Virus record (IMG/VR): IMGVR_UViG_3300033153_015063
Span: 62,001-126,000 of that record
Length of the DNA stretch: 64,000 nt
Strand: one strand, 5' to 3'
In this document: positions 17,856 through 27,985 of the stretch, one piece after another
Position numbering within the stretch: position 1 is the stretch's first letter
Layout of the letters: each line of letters begins with the position of its first letter
Notes under the pieces: model-generated
Databases searched by the model: none
Seen by the model: only the letters and a program-made list of their open reading frames with translations
What the model was told of the DNA's origin: nothing
Position numbers and translations under genes: made by a program

Positions 17856-19580
17856 CTACCCCATCAACTTTGTGGGAAAGAAGTCGTCTGGTGGTTGGGC
17901 ATCCCCGTTGAGTATGACAGTCTCCTCGATATACTCATCAATCTCATCGAGAAGTGGGTCAATCTTTTCACGACGGAGAGAGAGACCAAGCATGACCATC
18001 GTACCCAACACACCAACCAGGATTACTACAGAAAGCACTGTTTTTGGGATGATAGAGTCTGTATCATCCCTTTCCCCATCCTCATCATCAATGGATTCCC
18101 CTGTGCCGTTGTTTGTGTTGTTATCGGACCCATTGTCAATTGGTGTATCGTTGGCGGTCTGGTTGTCCACGACCGGTGGAAAGTATGGTCTGATAGGATG
18201 CCAGGTAGGTTCAAGGAAGTTATTGGAAGTGTCTAAGACGGCTACTGAAACGTAGTATGTCTGGTTCAGGAAGGTGCCGTTGAAATCGGTAGATGTAGTG
18301 TTACGGTCTGTGAGATTGAACGTTGGTGTGGCATTGGAAACGTTTTTGGTCTCTATCTCCATGTATAGTTCATATCTACCAAAGTCATCTGCCGGACTGA
18401 TAGACCACTCTGCATGTATTGATGTAGATGAGTTCGAAGAAAGATTGGTGATATAGACTATCTCAGGAGGCGTCAGGTCTCGGTTGTCGATAGCCATCCC
18501 CTGTACGGTGTTGACGCTGATGAGTTTGAGACCTTTCAAGTTAACCGGCACTACCGAGAAGTAGTACGTCTGGTTATTGGTGAGATTGGATATAGTGGTC
18601 TCGTTGAAGGTCTTGGAGATGTTGACAGATTTGATCGAAGATGTGTTTGAGATGTTCGAGAAGATTTCAGTGTTGTAATACACCTCGTAGTAGTCCAGAA
18701 GGTCGGAAGGTATTGGGTCCCAATGAACATCCACACTACCTCCAGCGTCATCTGGAACATCAGATACGTTTGTGTATGGTTGTGAGATAGGAATATCATC
18801 TACGTTATACTCCACAATCTTTAAGTGATTGCTAACGAGTATATTGTTAGTATCTGGATTATAATCCACCCATCTTGGCCAATAAGACAATGGATATTCA
18901 TGGATAATACCAACCGTTCTGTTTAAAATAATAATCCTGTTATCATTGGAAGATAGAAGGATATTCCCATCTGGAAGCACGAAAGAACATAAAGATTGGA
19001 TTCCATAATATGACCAATTCATATCACTTTCGAATACAATATTATTTTGATAATCAGATATCAAGTACTTACCTTCTGGCGTTTTGGATGCATCCTGATA
19101 AGAACCGTTACCATCATATCTCCATATCAGGTCAGAATTGTTGTCTGGTAATATAGACCTCTCTTCTACAGCTCCTTCACCGCTTACCAACACATTTCCA
19201 TCATCTACTATCTCGATTGACTGTGGTGTGAAGTCCAACATATAATACCATACAATTTCTTTGGTATTGGTGTTTATCTCAGATATGTTTTGTGACGATG
19301 AGTCTACAACAAGTATATTACCATTATCTAGCACCAATGAATCTCTGGAATTATATAATTGACCATTGTATGACCACAGCTCAGTACCGTTTCGATCTAT
19401 TACTTTGATGTTATTACCCATAGTCACCAGTATATTATCCCCAAAATATCTGGATGCAATAATACCATTACGGTCCCAGCTCCATAACTCATCGTCGTCT
19501 CCAGCCGCTGGGCCAGAAAGAAATGACGCAAGCGGCATAGACACTACCAGCACAATTACCAACCATTGAAGATTTCTCAT
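17856..19580 (-). CDS. surface glycoprotein with beta-propeller and fibronectin type III-like domains
   Basis: GNILV/IVW repeats; LTNNQTYYFSVVPVN; many N-x-S/T sequons; C-terminal TM helix. Confidence 0.8.
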   Translation of the reverse strand: MRNLQWLVIVLVVSMPLASFLSGPAAGDDDELWSWDRNGIIASRYFGDNILVTMGNNIKVIDRNGTELWSYNGQLYNSRDSLVLDNGNILVVDSSSQNISEINTNTKEIVWYYMLDFTPQSIEIVDDGNVLVSGEGAVEERSILPDNNSDLIWRYDGNGSYQDASKTPEGKYLISDYQNNIVFESDMNWSYYGIQSLCSFVLPDGNILLSSNDNRIIILNRTVGIIHEYPLSYWPRWVDYNPDTNNILVSNHLKIVEYNVDDIPISQPYTNVSDVPDDAGGSVDVHWDPIPSDLLDYYEVYYNTEIFSNISNTSSIKSVNISKTFNETTISNLTNNQTYYFSVVPVNLKGLKLISVNTVQGMAIDNRDLTPPEIVYITNLSSNSSTSIHAEWSISPADDFGRYELYMEIETKNVSNATPTFNLTDRNTTSTDFNGTFLNQTYYVSVAVLDTSNNFLEPTWHPIRPYFPPVVDNQTANDTPIDNGSDNNTNNGTGESIDDEDGERDDTDSIIPKTVLSVVILVGVLGTMVMLGLSLRREKIDPLLDEIDEYIEETVILNGDAQPPDDFFPTKLMG

Positions 19581-19666
19581 TGTTGATGAATAGTCCTTCT
19601 TTAATATAAATCTTTATATCGACCTTATCGTCTAATTCACTTATCCTATCCCATCAACTTCGTGGA

Positions 19667-20032
19667 CTACATCCGTCTCCAGTCCCAGAAGATGATGAAG
19701 AGATAGAACATAACGAAGGCCCCTACAATGTCCCTTCCGACCTCTCCATTCGTGTACAGAGTGATTGATGCACCAAGCCCAAAAAAAGCAAGCCACGTAC
19801 CGACACTATCTAACAACGGATTCCTTTGTTCGTTACGGTGTAGGAACCAGGTCAATAGAAAAGATATGAACACGGTGATACCAAAGGCCCTACTATCGAG
19901 AAATCTTTGAGATGCATCGTTGTAGTAGTAGAAAAGTAGTAGGATGGGAAGGATGGCTATGACGAAGACGCCGAATGATGAACTCACAAATGAACGGCCT
20001 TTATCTTTAAAATTCTGGTCCAACACTGACAA
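19667..20032 (-). CDS. membrane protein
   Basis: 4 hydrophobic segments. Confidence 0.7.
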   Translation of the reverse strand: MSVLDQNFKDKGRSFVSSSFGVFVIAILPILLLFYYYNDASQRFLDSRAFGITVFISFLLTWFLHRNEQRNPLLDSVGTWLAFFGLGASITLYTNGEVGRDIVGAFVMFYLFIIFWDWRRM

Positions 20033-20036
20033 TACT

Positions 20037-20654
20037 CTACCTTCCTTTTTTGAACACGAAGTATATCATTATGATAAAAAGCAGCGATGAGATTATAACT
20101 ATATTGTTGTAGAATATTTCAAGTGGTAGATCCCCTATCTGGCTGTCGATGAAAGTGCCACCAAGCATAGTCACACCAAAACCAAGTGAACCCAACAATA
20201 TGGGGTCGGCCCTGGTAAAAAATTTCACTACCAAGAGTGACCCGATGGCGGCTACGAGTACAGCTATGAGTATAAGCCCATTGAACTCTGGAACTGTAGT
20301 TCCACCAAGTTCTGCTTCAGTATAAGCAGAAGAAAATGGTAGAAGTGAAGATGATAAGTAATCGCCCATGTATGTAATAGATATAATAAGAGATGTTATA
20401 GTAGTAAATATAAAAATCTTATTAACGTCTGTAGTAAAACTATCATCTTTGATGATGATATATGACATAAATACAAACACAACAATAGCCAGAATTGATA
20501 TTGTTGTATCTCTAAGGAAACCTGATATCAGTATAGATTCAGATAATGTTGTATTTATTACAACCAATATCCTACATATCAAGTTTCCTCTATCATAGAT
20601 GACAAACATTATAGAGAGCCATGTGAGTAGTACCAGAACCAACTCAGCTTCCAC
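20037..20654 (-). CDS. membrane protein
   Basis: highly hydrophobic; operon spacing. Confidence 0.7.
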   Translation of the reverse strand: MEAELVLVLLTWLSIMFVIYDRGNLICRILVVINTTLSESILISGFLRDTTISILAIVVFVFMSYIIIKDDSFTTDVNKIFIFTTITSLIISITYMGDYLSSSLLPFSSAYTEAELGGTTVPEFNGLILIAVLVAAIGSLLVVKFFTRADPILLGSLGFGVTMLGGTFIDSQIGDLPLEIFYNNIVIISSLLFIIMIYFVFKKGR

Positions 20655-20660
20655 TTTGGC

Positions 20661-20984
20661 TCATCCCCCAATAACGGCGAGGACAAACTCCCCTACCATC
20701 TCGCCCATAAAGATGAAGATGAAGGTTAAAACCAGTGCGAGTCCGATGGTGATGTTCCTGGTCTTTGGGGTGATCTCGGACCACTCAAATCCCTCGAATA
20801 CTGCAAACACCCCCAGGATAGCCACCAGGACGACGAAGAGGTTGTAGATTGTGTTCGATAGGAATCCCAACTGGAAAAACAGTGAACCGTCGGCTTTGTA
20901 GATGGTCATAAAGAGTAGGATGATACCTAGCGTACCGAAAAGCACTGTCATGGGTTTTTCTTGTATCAAAGCCATCAGGGACAA
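20661..20984 (-). CDS. membrane protein
   Basis: 3 hydrophobic segments. Confidence 0.7.
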   Translation of the reverse strand: MSLMALIQEKPMTVLFGTLGIILLFMTIYKADGSLFFQLGFLSNTIYNLFVVLVAILGVFAVFEGFEWSEITPKTRNITIGLALVLTFIFIFMGEMVGEFVLAVIGG

Positions 20985-21073
20985 TCAACGAACCCGGCGT
21001 ATTAATAGTTTTCGCCGGATTCCGGGTCCGTCTAGACCGAAAAGGAAAAAAAGGAGAGACTACATCTACCTCC

Positions 21074-22273
21074 GTGTCTATGAGAGAACACCTGAAAGCC
21101 CCAAGGACTATTATAGGCCTCATTGTAGTCACACTGTTATTGACACTTATTTCATTCTACTTCCCCAACGAATCCTTTATCTCTACATACATAGCACTCA
21201 GTTACATAATAATCTCTGTATCGACAATTTTGGTTATAATGGAGAGTAAAAGAGAACCAAAACCATCTATGATGATATTGTTGATGATAGCTCTATTTGT
21301 AACTATGACGTGTCATCTCATAGCAAACTCGTTTATAATTAAAGACCAGATAGAAGAGTATGTAAAAGTAGATTTCAGTATAACTATTCAATCAATAATT
21401 GCCTTCAATATAATCGTAGCCGTTATTTATTTACTGGCCCTCATCATTTTTGAATCGTTGTTAACAGATAAAAAGACGAGGGCCGCCGTCACCAGCATCA
21501 GTCTGGTAATTATATTGTGTATGACATTTTTCTCGTCTTTCCTGATAATGGGGTCGACCATCAAAGACGACCGGACCGCAACCGTATCAATCTCCTATGC
21601 AACCATGACCGAACTTGTCGTTTTCGAGTATGACCACGACATCAATCTTTCGTCCAATACCACCACTGAGACAGAGTATCAGAACTTCACCGATGATTAC
21701 TGGAACCATACTGATGAGACGATGGGTAGTGCCAATCATATCCTGAACAACTCTGGCATGAACATGATCTTCCAACAACTTGATGAACGTAAGTTGGGCA
21801 TCATCATCGTTTTCGATGAGTTGAGTTTCCGCCCAGTTCTCTCACTGACAGTTTATCTCAACCTGGTCAATGGCACAGTAGAAGACATCGAGGAAGGTTG
21901 TAATAATGTTACCATCCCTTTGGAGTTAACGCCTGCTGAGGGTGGAAGCGGCCTGGCTTCATCCTACATTACCTACGCTGTGGATAAGATTGCGATGGAG
22001 GACCTTGGTGGCTACGGGTTGGCGAAAGATGGGTTATATGATGTGGTCCTTTTTGCGAAGTATAGTAATTACAGAACGTTCATAGACCACGTAGAAAAAT
22101 ATCTATCTGATGGTGAGATAACCCCAGACGAAGCACGGAATATAGCCCTGGATGTACTGCAAGAACATCTAATAACAATTGCACCTGTATCCGAGCTCCA
22201 GGACATAGACAATACAATACTCTCTTCAGGAAAAACACAACAATCAATTCAAAAGGCACTTGAAATGAGGTAG
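21074..22273 (+). CDS. membrane protein with a soluble C-terminal domain
   Basis: 5 N-terminal TM helices followed by an acidic domain. Confidence 0.75.
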   Translation: MSMREHLKAPRTIIGLIVVTLLLTLISFYFPNESFISTYIALSYIIISVSTILVIMESKREPKPSMMILLMIALFVTMTCHLIANSFIIKDQIEEYVKVDFSITIQSIIAFNIIVAVIYLLALIIFESLLTDKKTRAAVTSISLVIILCMTFFSSFLIMGSTIKDDRTATVSISYATMTELVVFEYDHDINLSSNTTTETEYQNFTDDYWNHTDETMGSANHILNNSGMNMIFQQLDERKLGIIIVFDELSFRPVLSLTVYLNLVNGTVEDIEEGCNNVTIPLELTPAEGGSGLASSYITYAVDKIAMEDLGGYGLAKDGLYDVVLFAKYSNYRTFIDHVEKYLSDGEITPDEARNIALDVLQEHLITIAPVSELQDIDNTILSSGKTQQSIQKALEMR

Positions 22274-22275
22274 AC

Positions 22276-22833
22276 ATGGATTCCAATACAGTACTCACAA
22301 TTTATGCTATAGTGGTCGTAGCTGTAGTACCACTCTTGTTTGTATTACGAGAGAAATCGAGGAAATTTGCGGGTCCCTACTTCGGCGGATTCGCAGCTGT
22401 ACTCATCTCTTTAATCCTTGAAACTCATATCTCAAGAGGGGCTGCCTTTCCAGTCATAGTGGTGTTCTGGGCCCCATTTGTAGAGGAGTTTTCGAAAGCG
22501 ATAATTATCATTGCTTTCACGAACATCCTGAAAGACGAAGGGACAGAAAACGTGTTCTGGGTATGGTTGTTCATCGGACTGGGTTTTGGTCTCGGAGAAA
22601 ATGGTCTCTACACCACGTATCTCATCAACTCAGATGCAGCAATGACAACCATCATCTCCAGAACACTCTTTCCAGTGGCCCTACATATCGTCACTACTGT
22701 GGTCACTGGTTGGCTTATAGAGAGAACACTCTCCGGTAAAAAAATCTCTTTTGGTGTTGCTATACTCTATGCAATAATCCTCTCACTTCCTGCGGTGGTC
22801 ATCCACTACTGGTACAACCTCAGCGTAGCCTGA
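22276..22833 (+). CDS. PrsW-family intramembrane protease
   Basis: APFVEEFSK, GLGFGLGEN, and the His motifs ALH and IHY. Confidence 0.75.
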   Translation: MDSNTVLTIYAIVVVAVVPLLFVLREKSRKFAGPYFGGFAAVLISLILETHISRGAAFPVIVVFWAPFVEEFSKAIIIIAFTNILKDEGTENVFWVWLFIGLGFGLGENGLYTTYLINSDAAMTTIISRTLFPVALHIVTTVVTGWLIERTLSGKKISFGVAILYAIILSLPAVVIHYWYNLSVA

Positions 22834-22883
22834 CCACAAAAGTGCAGCAAACTTTATAAACTTATCTCGGGTTTTTAACCCGA

Positions 22884-23699
22884 ATGAGTGATGGTAAAGA
22901 GTTACTGGACGCCGCTATAACTATGTTGGATGACCTTATGGAAGAAAAGAAGGGTGGTAAAGACAAAGGTATGATAGAGAGGTGGTTCCAGTTACGAGAG
23001 GATAGAGAGAAAATAAGATTAGAAGATGATCTCAACAATCTGAGAAAAGAAAAAGAGTTATGGATGAAAAAAGTAACTGAAAAAAGTGAAGTTATTTCAC
23101 CTACACCAACAGTTATTTCACCTACACCAACAGTTATTTCACCTACACCAACAGTTATTTCACCTACACCAACACTCAAAAAAGATCCGAATATTTCTAT
23201 CTGTGATATATGTAGAAACCCACTGGCAATCAACAATGATGGTTCATCAAAATGTATGAATGAAGGATGCACAAAATACAGTAAAACGCATCGTAAAAAA
23301 GGGATTGCATCAAATAGAAAAGACATACCAAAATCAGAAACTCACACAAAATACAGTAAAAGAAATAGCAATATACTTAGAGTCGCTGTAGACAATGAGA
23401 TATGTAAACTATTAGTAGATAACATCGGAGATTTTTTCGGAGTCAAAGAAATTTCAAAAGGTATATTTAATAAAGATATTATAAATGATTATAAAGATAT
23501 TATTAATATCAATACTTATATAAGCAATGTTCTGAAATCAATTGATGAAAAAGAAGAATTTATCGGTTCAAAAGATGAATGGGCAGTTTTTACATTTTAC
23601 GATAATGAATATGTTTTCTGTAGAACGGGGGTTGCCAAAGGTAGAAAATATAAAATAGAGAGAAAAGTAGATGATTACTCCTGGATCGAGTTAACTTAG
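22884..23699 (+). CDS. AT-rich gene encoding a coiled coil, VISPTPT repeats and a zinc ribbon
   Basis: CDIC...CMNEGC; TTTATAAA about 25 nt upstream. Confidence 0.75.
   Translation: MSDGKELLDAAITMLDDLMEEKKGGKDKGMIERWFQLREDREKIRLEDDLNNLRKEKELWMKKVTEKSEVISPTPTVISPTPTVISPTPTVISPTPTLKKDPNISICDICRNPLAINNDGSSKCMNEGCTKYSKTHRKKGIASNRKDIPKSETHTKYSKRNSNILRVAVDNEICKLLVDNIGDFFGVKEISKGIFNKDIINDYKDIININTYISNVLKSIDEKEEFIGSKDEWAVFTFYDNEYVFCRTGVAKGRKYKIERKVDDYSWIELT
23090..23173 (+). repeat. 4 perfect copies of a 21-bp tandem repeat (AGTTATTTCACCTACACCAAC)
   Basis: read directly; encodes (VISPTPT)x4. Confidence 0.95.
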
Positions 23700-23762
23700 C
23701 CTTTAGCCAGAAAACAAACCCTCCCGAACTCTTTATATACTCAACACCCATTGTATTCCTTG

Positions 23763-24452
23763 ATGACCACCGTAGAGATACCTGAGGGTTCAGGGAATAG
23801 ATACCGCTATGATTATGAAGAGGGAGCTACGGTCTACAAGGGGCCGGTCGGCAATGCACCAGCCCTGGATGAGGAGGAATTTCTCTCTTTGATGGAAATG
23901 GGCATTCCCGAAGGGAGGATAGCCACCGAAAGAGATGGGATATACCGGAAAATCAAGGGTAACTACTACGACGACGACGGAAACCGCATCAAGGTATTCG
24001 TAAAGTACGGTTTCACCCAGTTGGGCAACCAGGAACCATACTTCTCCATCACAGCCGAGGCAGGGTCCAACAAAACCGGTTGGTCCAGTGGGATGCAGCA
24101 TGAAAAAATCGAGAACGCTTTCGAGGAGTTCCCAGAGCTCACCAGGTGGCATCTTACAAACATCAGTAATGGTCCGATGCACTATAATGCCAACGCCAAA
24201 CACCATTGGAAAAAAGATAAGCTTGACGCCTTCAAGAGTACCATCGTGTTCGGGGCCCTACCAGACGATGATATGGAAGACATCGAGTTTATGATGGACC
24301 AGTCTCCCGACGCCTTCCTTAACGATAGACTGCCAAAGTTGATGGAACAGTTTCGAAAGGACATGAAAAAGTTCAATGTTCCACCACCAAGAGGACAGAG
24401 AACACGAGAAGCTATCGACGTTGTGATGGCAGCAGCCTACGAAGACTGGTAA
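23763..24452 (+). CDS. leader-module protein with phage-type hypothetical cargo
   Basis: MTTVEIPEGSGNRYRYDYEEGATVYKGPVG; TTTATATA at 23732; leaderless start. Confidence 0.85.
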   Translation: MTTVEIPEGSGNRYRYDYEEGATVYKGPVGNAPALDEEEFLSLMEMGIPEGRIATERDGIYRKIKGNYYDDDGNRIKVFVKYGFTQLGNQEPYFSITAEAGSNKTGWSSGMQHEKIENAFEEFPELTRWHLTNISNGPMHYNANAKHHWKKDKLDAFKSTIVFGALPDDDMEDIEFMMDQSPDAFLNDRLPKLMEQFRKDMKKFNVPPPRGQRTREAIDVVMAAAYEDW

Positions 24453-24548
24453 CCACCTCCTCCATCATCCCTCCGTATCTTCCCACCTCCCACCTCCATC
24501 CTCCCCCGAACTCTTTAAATACTCCTCAGCCCATCCCACATTGATACC

Positions 24549-25646
24549 ATGACCGTCGTCGAAATCCCTCCAGGTTCAGGTAACCGCTACAAATACGTCT
24601 ACGAAGGCGGCAAGACTGTGTACAAGGGGCCGGTCGGCACGGCCCCGGAGCTTTCGGAGGGGGAGTTCCTGGAGATGTTCCAGGTTCAACTCACAGGACC
24701 CGAACCTACGAACCAGGATAAAGCAAATTCCTTCATCGCAGAGAATGAAGAAAAAATCAAGTCTGTCATCCGGGAAGGTCTCGGAGAAGAGTATGCCTGG
24801 GACCTTGACGACTGGGACGAAGATGAGCTCGTGGACCTCATCTACGAGATTCTCAACGACGCCAACAAGTTCGATGAACTGGGTGAAGAGGAACTTGAAC
24901 ACCGGGAACAGATTGCAGATATCGAGAAAGAACTCAAAGGTGCCCTTGAAGATGCTTCATCGACTGAAGAGAAAGAGAATCTGAAGTCCGAGGCAAAAAA
25001 GGAGATAGCCAAACTCAAATCGGCTTGGGATTGGGACGATGGAAAGGGGGCACTCATCGAGAGTCTGGTTTCCGACCTCGAACTCGAAGATGGACCATGG
25101 GCTGACTCCTTCAAATACGAACACCCCGACGAACCAGGCGAATGGGTGGCGATGAAAGAAGACGATGCCAAATCGGCCGCTATCGAGGATACCATCGGAC
25201 TCATTGAAGAAATGGGTGGCGATCTCGGTGATTTTGTCAAAGACCACGTCGACGAGAAGAAAGCGAAAAACTACTTCGAGATGGTTTATACCGAATGGGA
25301 TGAATCCTACATCGAAGATATCAGGGATGAAAAATCGAGCGATGAAGATGAATGGGCCAGTCGTCTTGAAGAGGAAATAGAAGAGTGGGGTGTTGATGAC
25401 GAAGACGAGCTCCGAGAGGTATTGACCAAGTCCAAACTCGATGAAGGACGTGGTGGATTTGACTACTACGCCAATAACTTCGGAGAAGATGAAGCTTTTA
25501 AGGTCGCCGATGGTAACGGGCTTATCGACATGCAGGCAGCGGCCGAGTTCGCTGTAAATACAGACGGTTGGGCCCACTCTCTTTCTGGCTACGACGGGAA
25601 CTATTCTGATATGAGTGGCGGTTACGTCACATTCAGGACAAATTAA
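24549..25646 (+). CDS. leader-module protein with very acidic cargo
   Basis: MTVVEIPPGSGNRYKYVYEGGKTVYKGPVG; own TTTAAATA box. Confidence 0.85.
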   Translation: MTVVEIPPGSGNRYKYVYEGGKTVYKGPVGTAPELSEGEFLEMFQVQLTGPEPTNQDKANSFIAENEEKIKSVIREGLGEEYAWDLDDWDEDELVDLIYEILNDANKFDELGEEELEHREQIADIEKELKGALEDASSTEEKENLKSEAKKEIAKLKSAWDWDDGKGALIESLVSDLELEDGPWADSFKYEHPDEPGEWVAMKEDDAKSAAIEDTIGLIEEMGGDLGDFVKDHVDEKKAKNYFEMVYTEWDESYIEDIRDEKSSDEDEWASRLEEEIEEWGVDDEDELREVLTKSKLDEGRGGFDYYANNFGEDEAFKVADGNGLIDMQAAAEFAVNTDGWAHSLSGYDGNYSDMSGGYVTFRTN

Positions 25647-25698
25647 CCAGGTCGTAGTCGCCGATCTCTTTTTAAACTTATCCAGACATCTTTTCTAC

Positions 25699-25971
25699 AT
25701 GGCCAACTATAGCACTGAAGACCTCGCCAAGATGCACCACTATCCCTACGTGAAAACCGTGACCCATCTCGTCGAGTTCTCCGAAGAGGTAAAAAAGAAG
25801 TTGCATAAGGAAATTATGAACATGACACCTGGCGACGAGGACCCCGTTGATGGTGTTGTGTTTCGGGACGTCGACATGAACACCATCCACATCTACTTCT
25901 ACGAAGAGCTCTCCGAACAGGCAGAGAACAAGCTCGATAAACTCGTTGAGAAGTGGGTCAACCCAACCTGA
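25699..25971 (+). CDS. hypothetical protein
   Basis: start at MANYSTEDL, downstream of a TTTTTAAA box. Confidence 0.65.
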   Translation: MANYSTEDLAKMHHYPYVKTVTHLVEFSEEVKKKLHKEIMNMTPGDEDPVDGVVFRDVDMNTIHIYFYEELSEQAENKLDKLVEKWVNPT

Positions 25972-26066
25972 CCATCCGATGAGGCAGTCCGAGTATCGTT
26001 CTTTCCCTTCTAGAGACCATCGACCATCCCGAAATACTTAAATATCACCCTATCATTCTATACCCA

Positions 26067-26369
26067 ATGACTGACAACAGGATGCTCATGGTCGTTGCTG
26101 CTGCCCTCGTCATCGTTGGACTCTTCCTTCACGGTGATGTAATCGGACTCGGTGTAACCCTTCCACTCTATGCAGGCTTCATCTTCTTCGGGTTACTGGT
26201 CTCCGTCGGACTGACCTGGCTCCTCGCCGAACTTGGCTGGCTTGACTTCGCTGAAGTGGATTCCATATTCAAGTTCAGGGGCTGGATAGTCATAATCACC
26301 CTCTTCGTCCTCTTCTATATACTACATCTCTACTGGCTCTCTCCAGATGTAGACCTCTTTTCCTACTGA
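26067..26369 (+). CDS. 3-TM membrane protein
   Basis: hydrophobic; TATA-like box upstream. Confidence 0.7.
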   Translation: MTDNRMLMVVAAALVIVGLFLHGDVIGLGVTLPLYAGFIFFGLLVSVGLTWLLAELGWLDFAEVDSIFKFRGWIVIITLFVLFYILHLYWLSPDVDLFSY

Positions 26370-26470
26370 CGACCCGACCCAACCCAACCTTTTATCCTCT
26401 CAATTTTCTTTTGCTGTTCTACTACCATCCACCAGGAAGGTATATAAGTGATACTTGAGATACATCTTCG

Positions 26471-27985
26471 ATGTTAGGTTTCAATATCGAGGACCGTGAG
26501 GGCCAGTTTAAACTAATGGCTATACTTGGCTCGATGGCACTCATCCTGGCGAGTGCCTTCTACTACCTTCCTGGTATCGTTTACGAACCCTATACCGTCA
26601 AGGGTAAAATCAAGAAACATGATGGTGGAGGTGACATCAAAACCCTGGATGTGAGGGTCACCAACCTCGACACAGGTGAGTATCTCGAATCTGATACTTC
26701 AGATAAGGGCAAGTGGCAGGTCAATCTCGGCAACCTACCATCTGGTTACGATTGGGGAGATGTCATCAGGGCGGAGATTGTAGGAAGTGAGTATCGGGCT
26801 GAAGAAAATCACACCCTACAATCTGGAGAAACACAGAAAGACTTTGGTGATATGACCCCGAACATGCAACCAGTCGCTGACATCGTTGGAACCGATAGGT
26901 CTGCTGATAAGAATGACCAGGTTGACCTCAGCGGGGGTGACTCCTTCGACAATGATACTAACCCGGTGGACACTCTTACCTACAAGTGGGACTACGATGA
27001 CAGCGACGGCCTCGATTGGGACAACCCAGATGACACTGGACTGACAACTTCGTTCGTGGCAACATCGACAGTCACAGTAACATTACAGGTAGATGATAAC
27101 ACAGGTCTGGACTATGACACCGATACCGATTCTATAGTTGTCACCATCAGCAACCAGGCACCTACTGTTGTAGGAATCACCCACGACCAGAGTGGCGACC
27201 CAGACCCGACAGACAATGTAGAGTACACCTGTGATGCTACTGACCCGGATGAGGATTCACTTCAGTATAGATGGGACTGGAACAACGACGCCTCATGGGA
27301 CACATCCTATACATCCTCGAACTCGTCTTCAACCACCTTCGCATCTGGAACCCATACACCAAAGTGTCAGGCATATGATGGATACTTGACGGACTCTGAG
27401 GTGGATACCTCTACCCTCTACGTCAATTATACCTACACATTCACTCTACACTCAGGGTGGACACCTTTCGCTATGTTGTTCAACGATGGTAGATACAACA
27501 ATGCATCTTCACTCATGGATGATGAATCGTTGAATCTCCATGACGACAGTGGTATCATCTACTGGGACTACGTAGGCCAGAACTATAGCGATGGATACTT
27601 CACCAACTGGTCTGAGGCAGGAGACGACGAAGACTTCAACTTTGTACGGGGAAATACCTACTTCATCAACAATCCGGGGCTCAACAAAACCATCGTCATC
27701 AAAGGTCGTCTATGGGCTGACAGGGCCCTATCCTTCACTTCTGGTTGGTACTATCTCCCCTATGCAGGTGTCGAAAAGACTGTAGCAAACCACTACGAGA
27801 CCCTACTTCCATCATCACTCACAGAGGCTATGCTTATCGACCACAATGACCAGTGGTTCTCGACATCTTATATCTCTGGATTCCATGACGCAGGGTCCGA
27901 TGAGAACTTCGCCCTGACCACTGGGGTGTTTGTTCTGATAAACTTCGATTCATCGGATAGTTACACTTGGAGGTATCAGACATGA
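26471..27985 (+). CDS. surface protein with an N-terminal beta-sandwich and PKD domains
   Basis: YKWDYDD and YRWDWNND motifs; [10 protein letters not shown] shared with the next gene. Confidence 0.8.
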   Translation: MLGFNIEDREGQFKLMAILGSMALILASAFYYLPGIVYEPYTVKGKIKKHDGGGDIKTLDVRVTNLDTGEYLESDTSDKGKWQVNLGNLPSGYDWGDVIRAEIVGSEYRAEENHTLQSGETQKDFGDMTPNMQPVADIVGTDRSADKNDQVDLSGGDSFDNDTNPVDTLTYKWDYDDSDGLDWDNPDDTGLTTSFVATSTVTVTLQVDDNTGLDYDTDTDSIVVTISNQAPTVVGITHDQSGDPDPTDNVEYTCDATDPDEDSLQYRWDWNNDASWDTSYTSSNSSSTTFASGTHTPKCQAYDGYLTDSEVDTSTLYVNYTYTFTLHSGWTPFAMLFNDGRYNNASSLMDDESLNLHDDSGIIYWDYVGQNYSDGYFTNWSEAGDDEDFNFVRGNTYFINNPGLNKTIVIKGRLWADRALSFTSGWYYLPYAGVEKTVANHYETLLPSSLTEAMLIDHNDQWFSTSYISGFHDAGSDENFALTTGVFVLINFDSSDSYTWRYQT

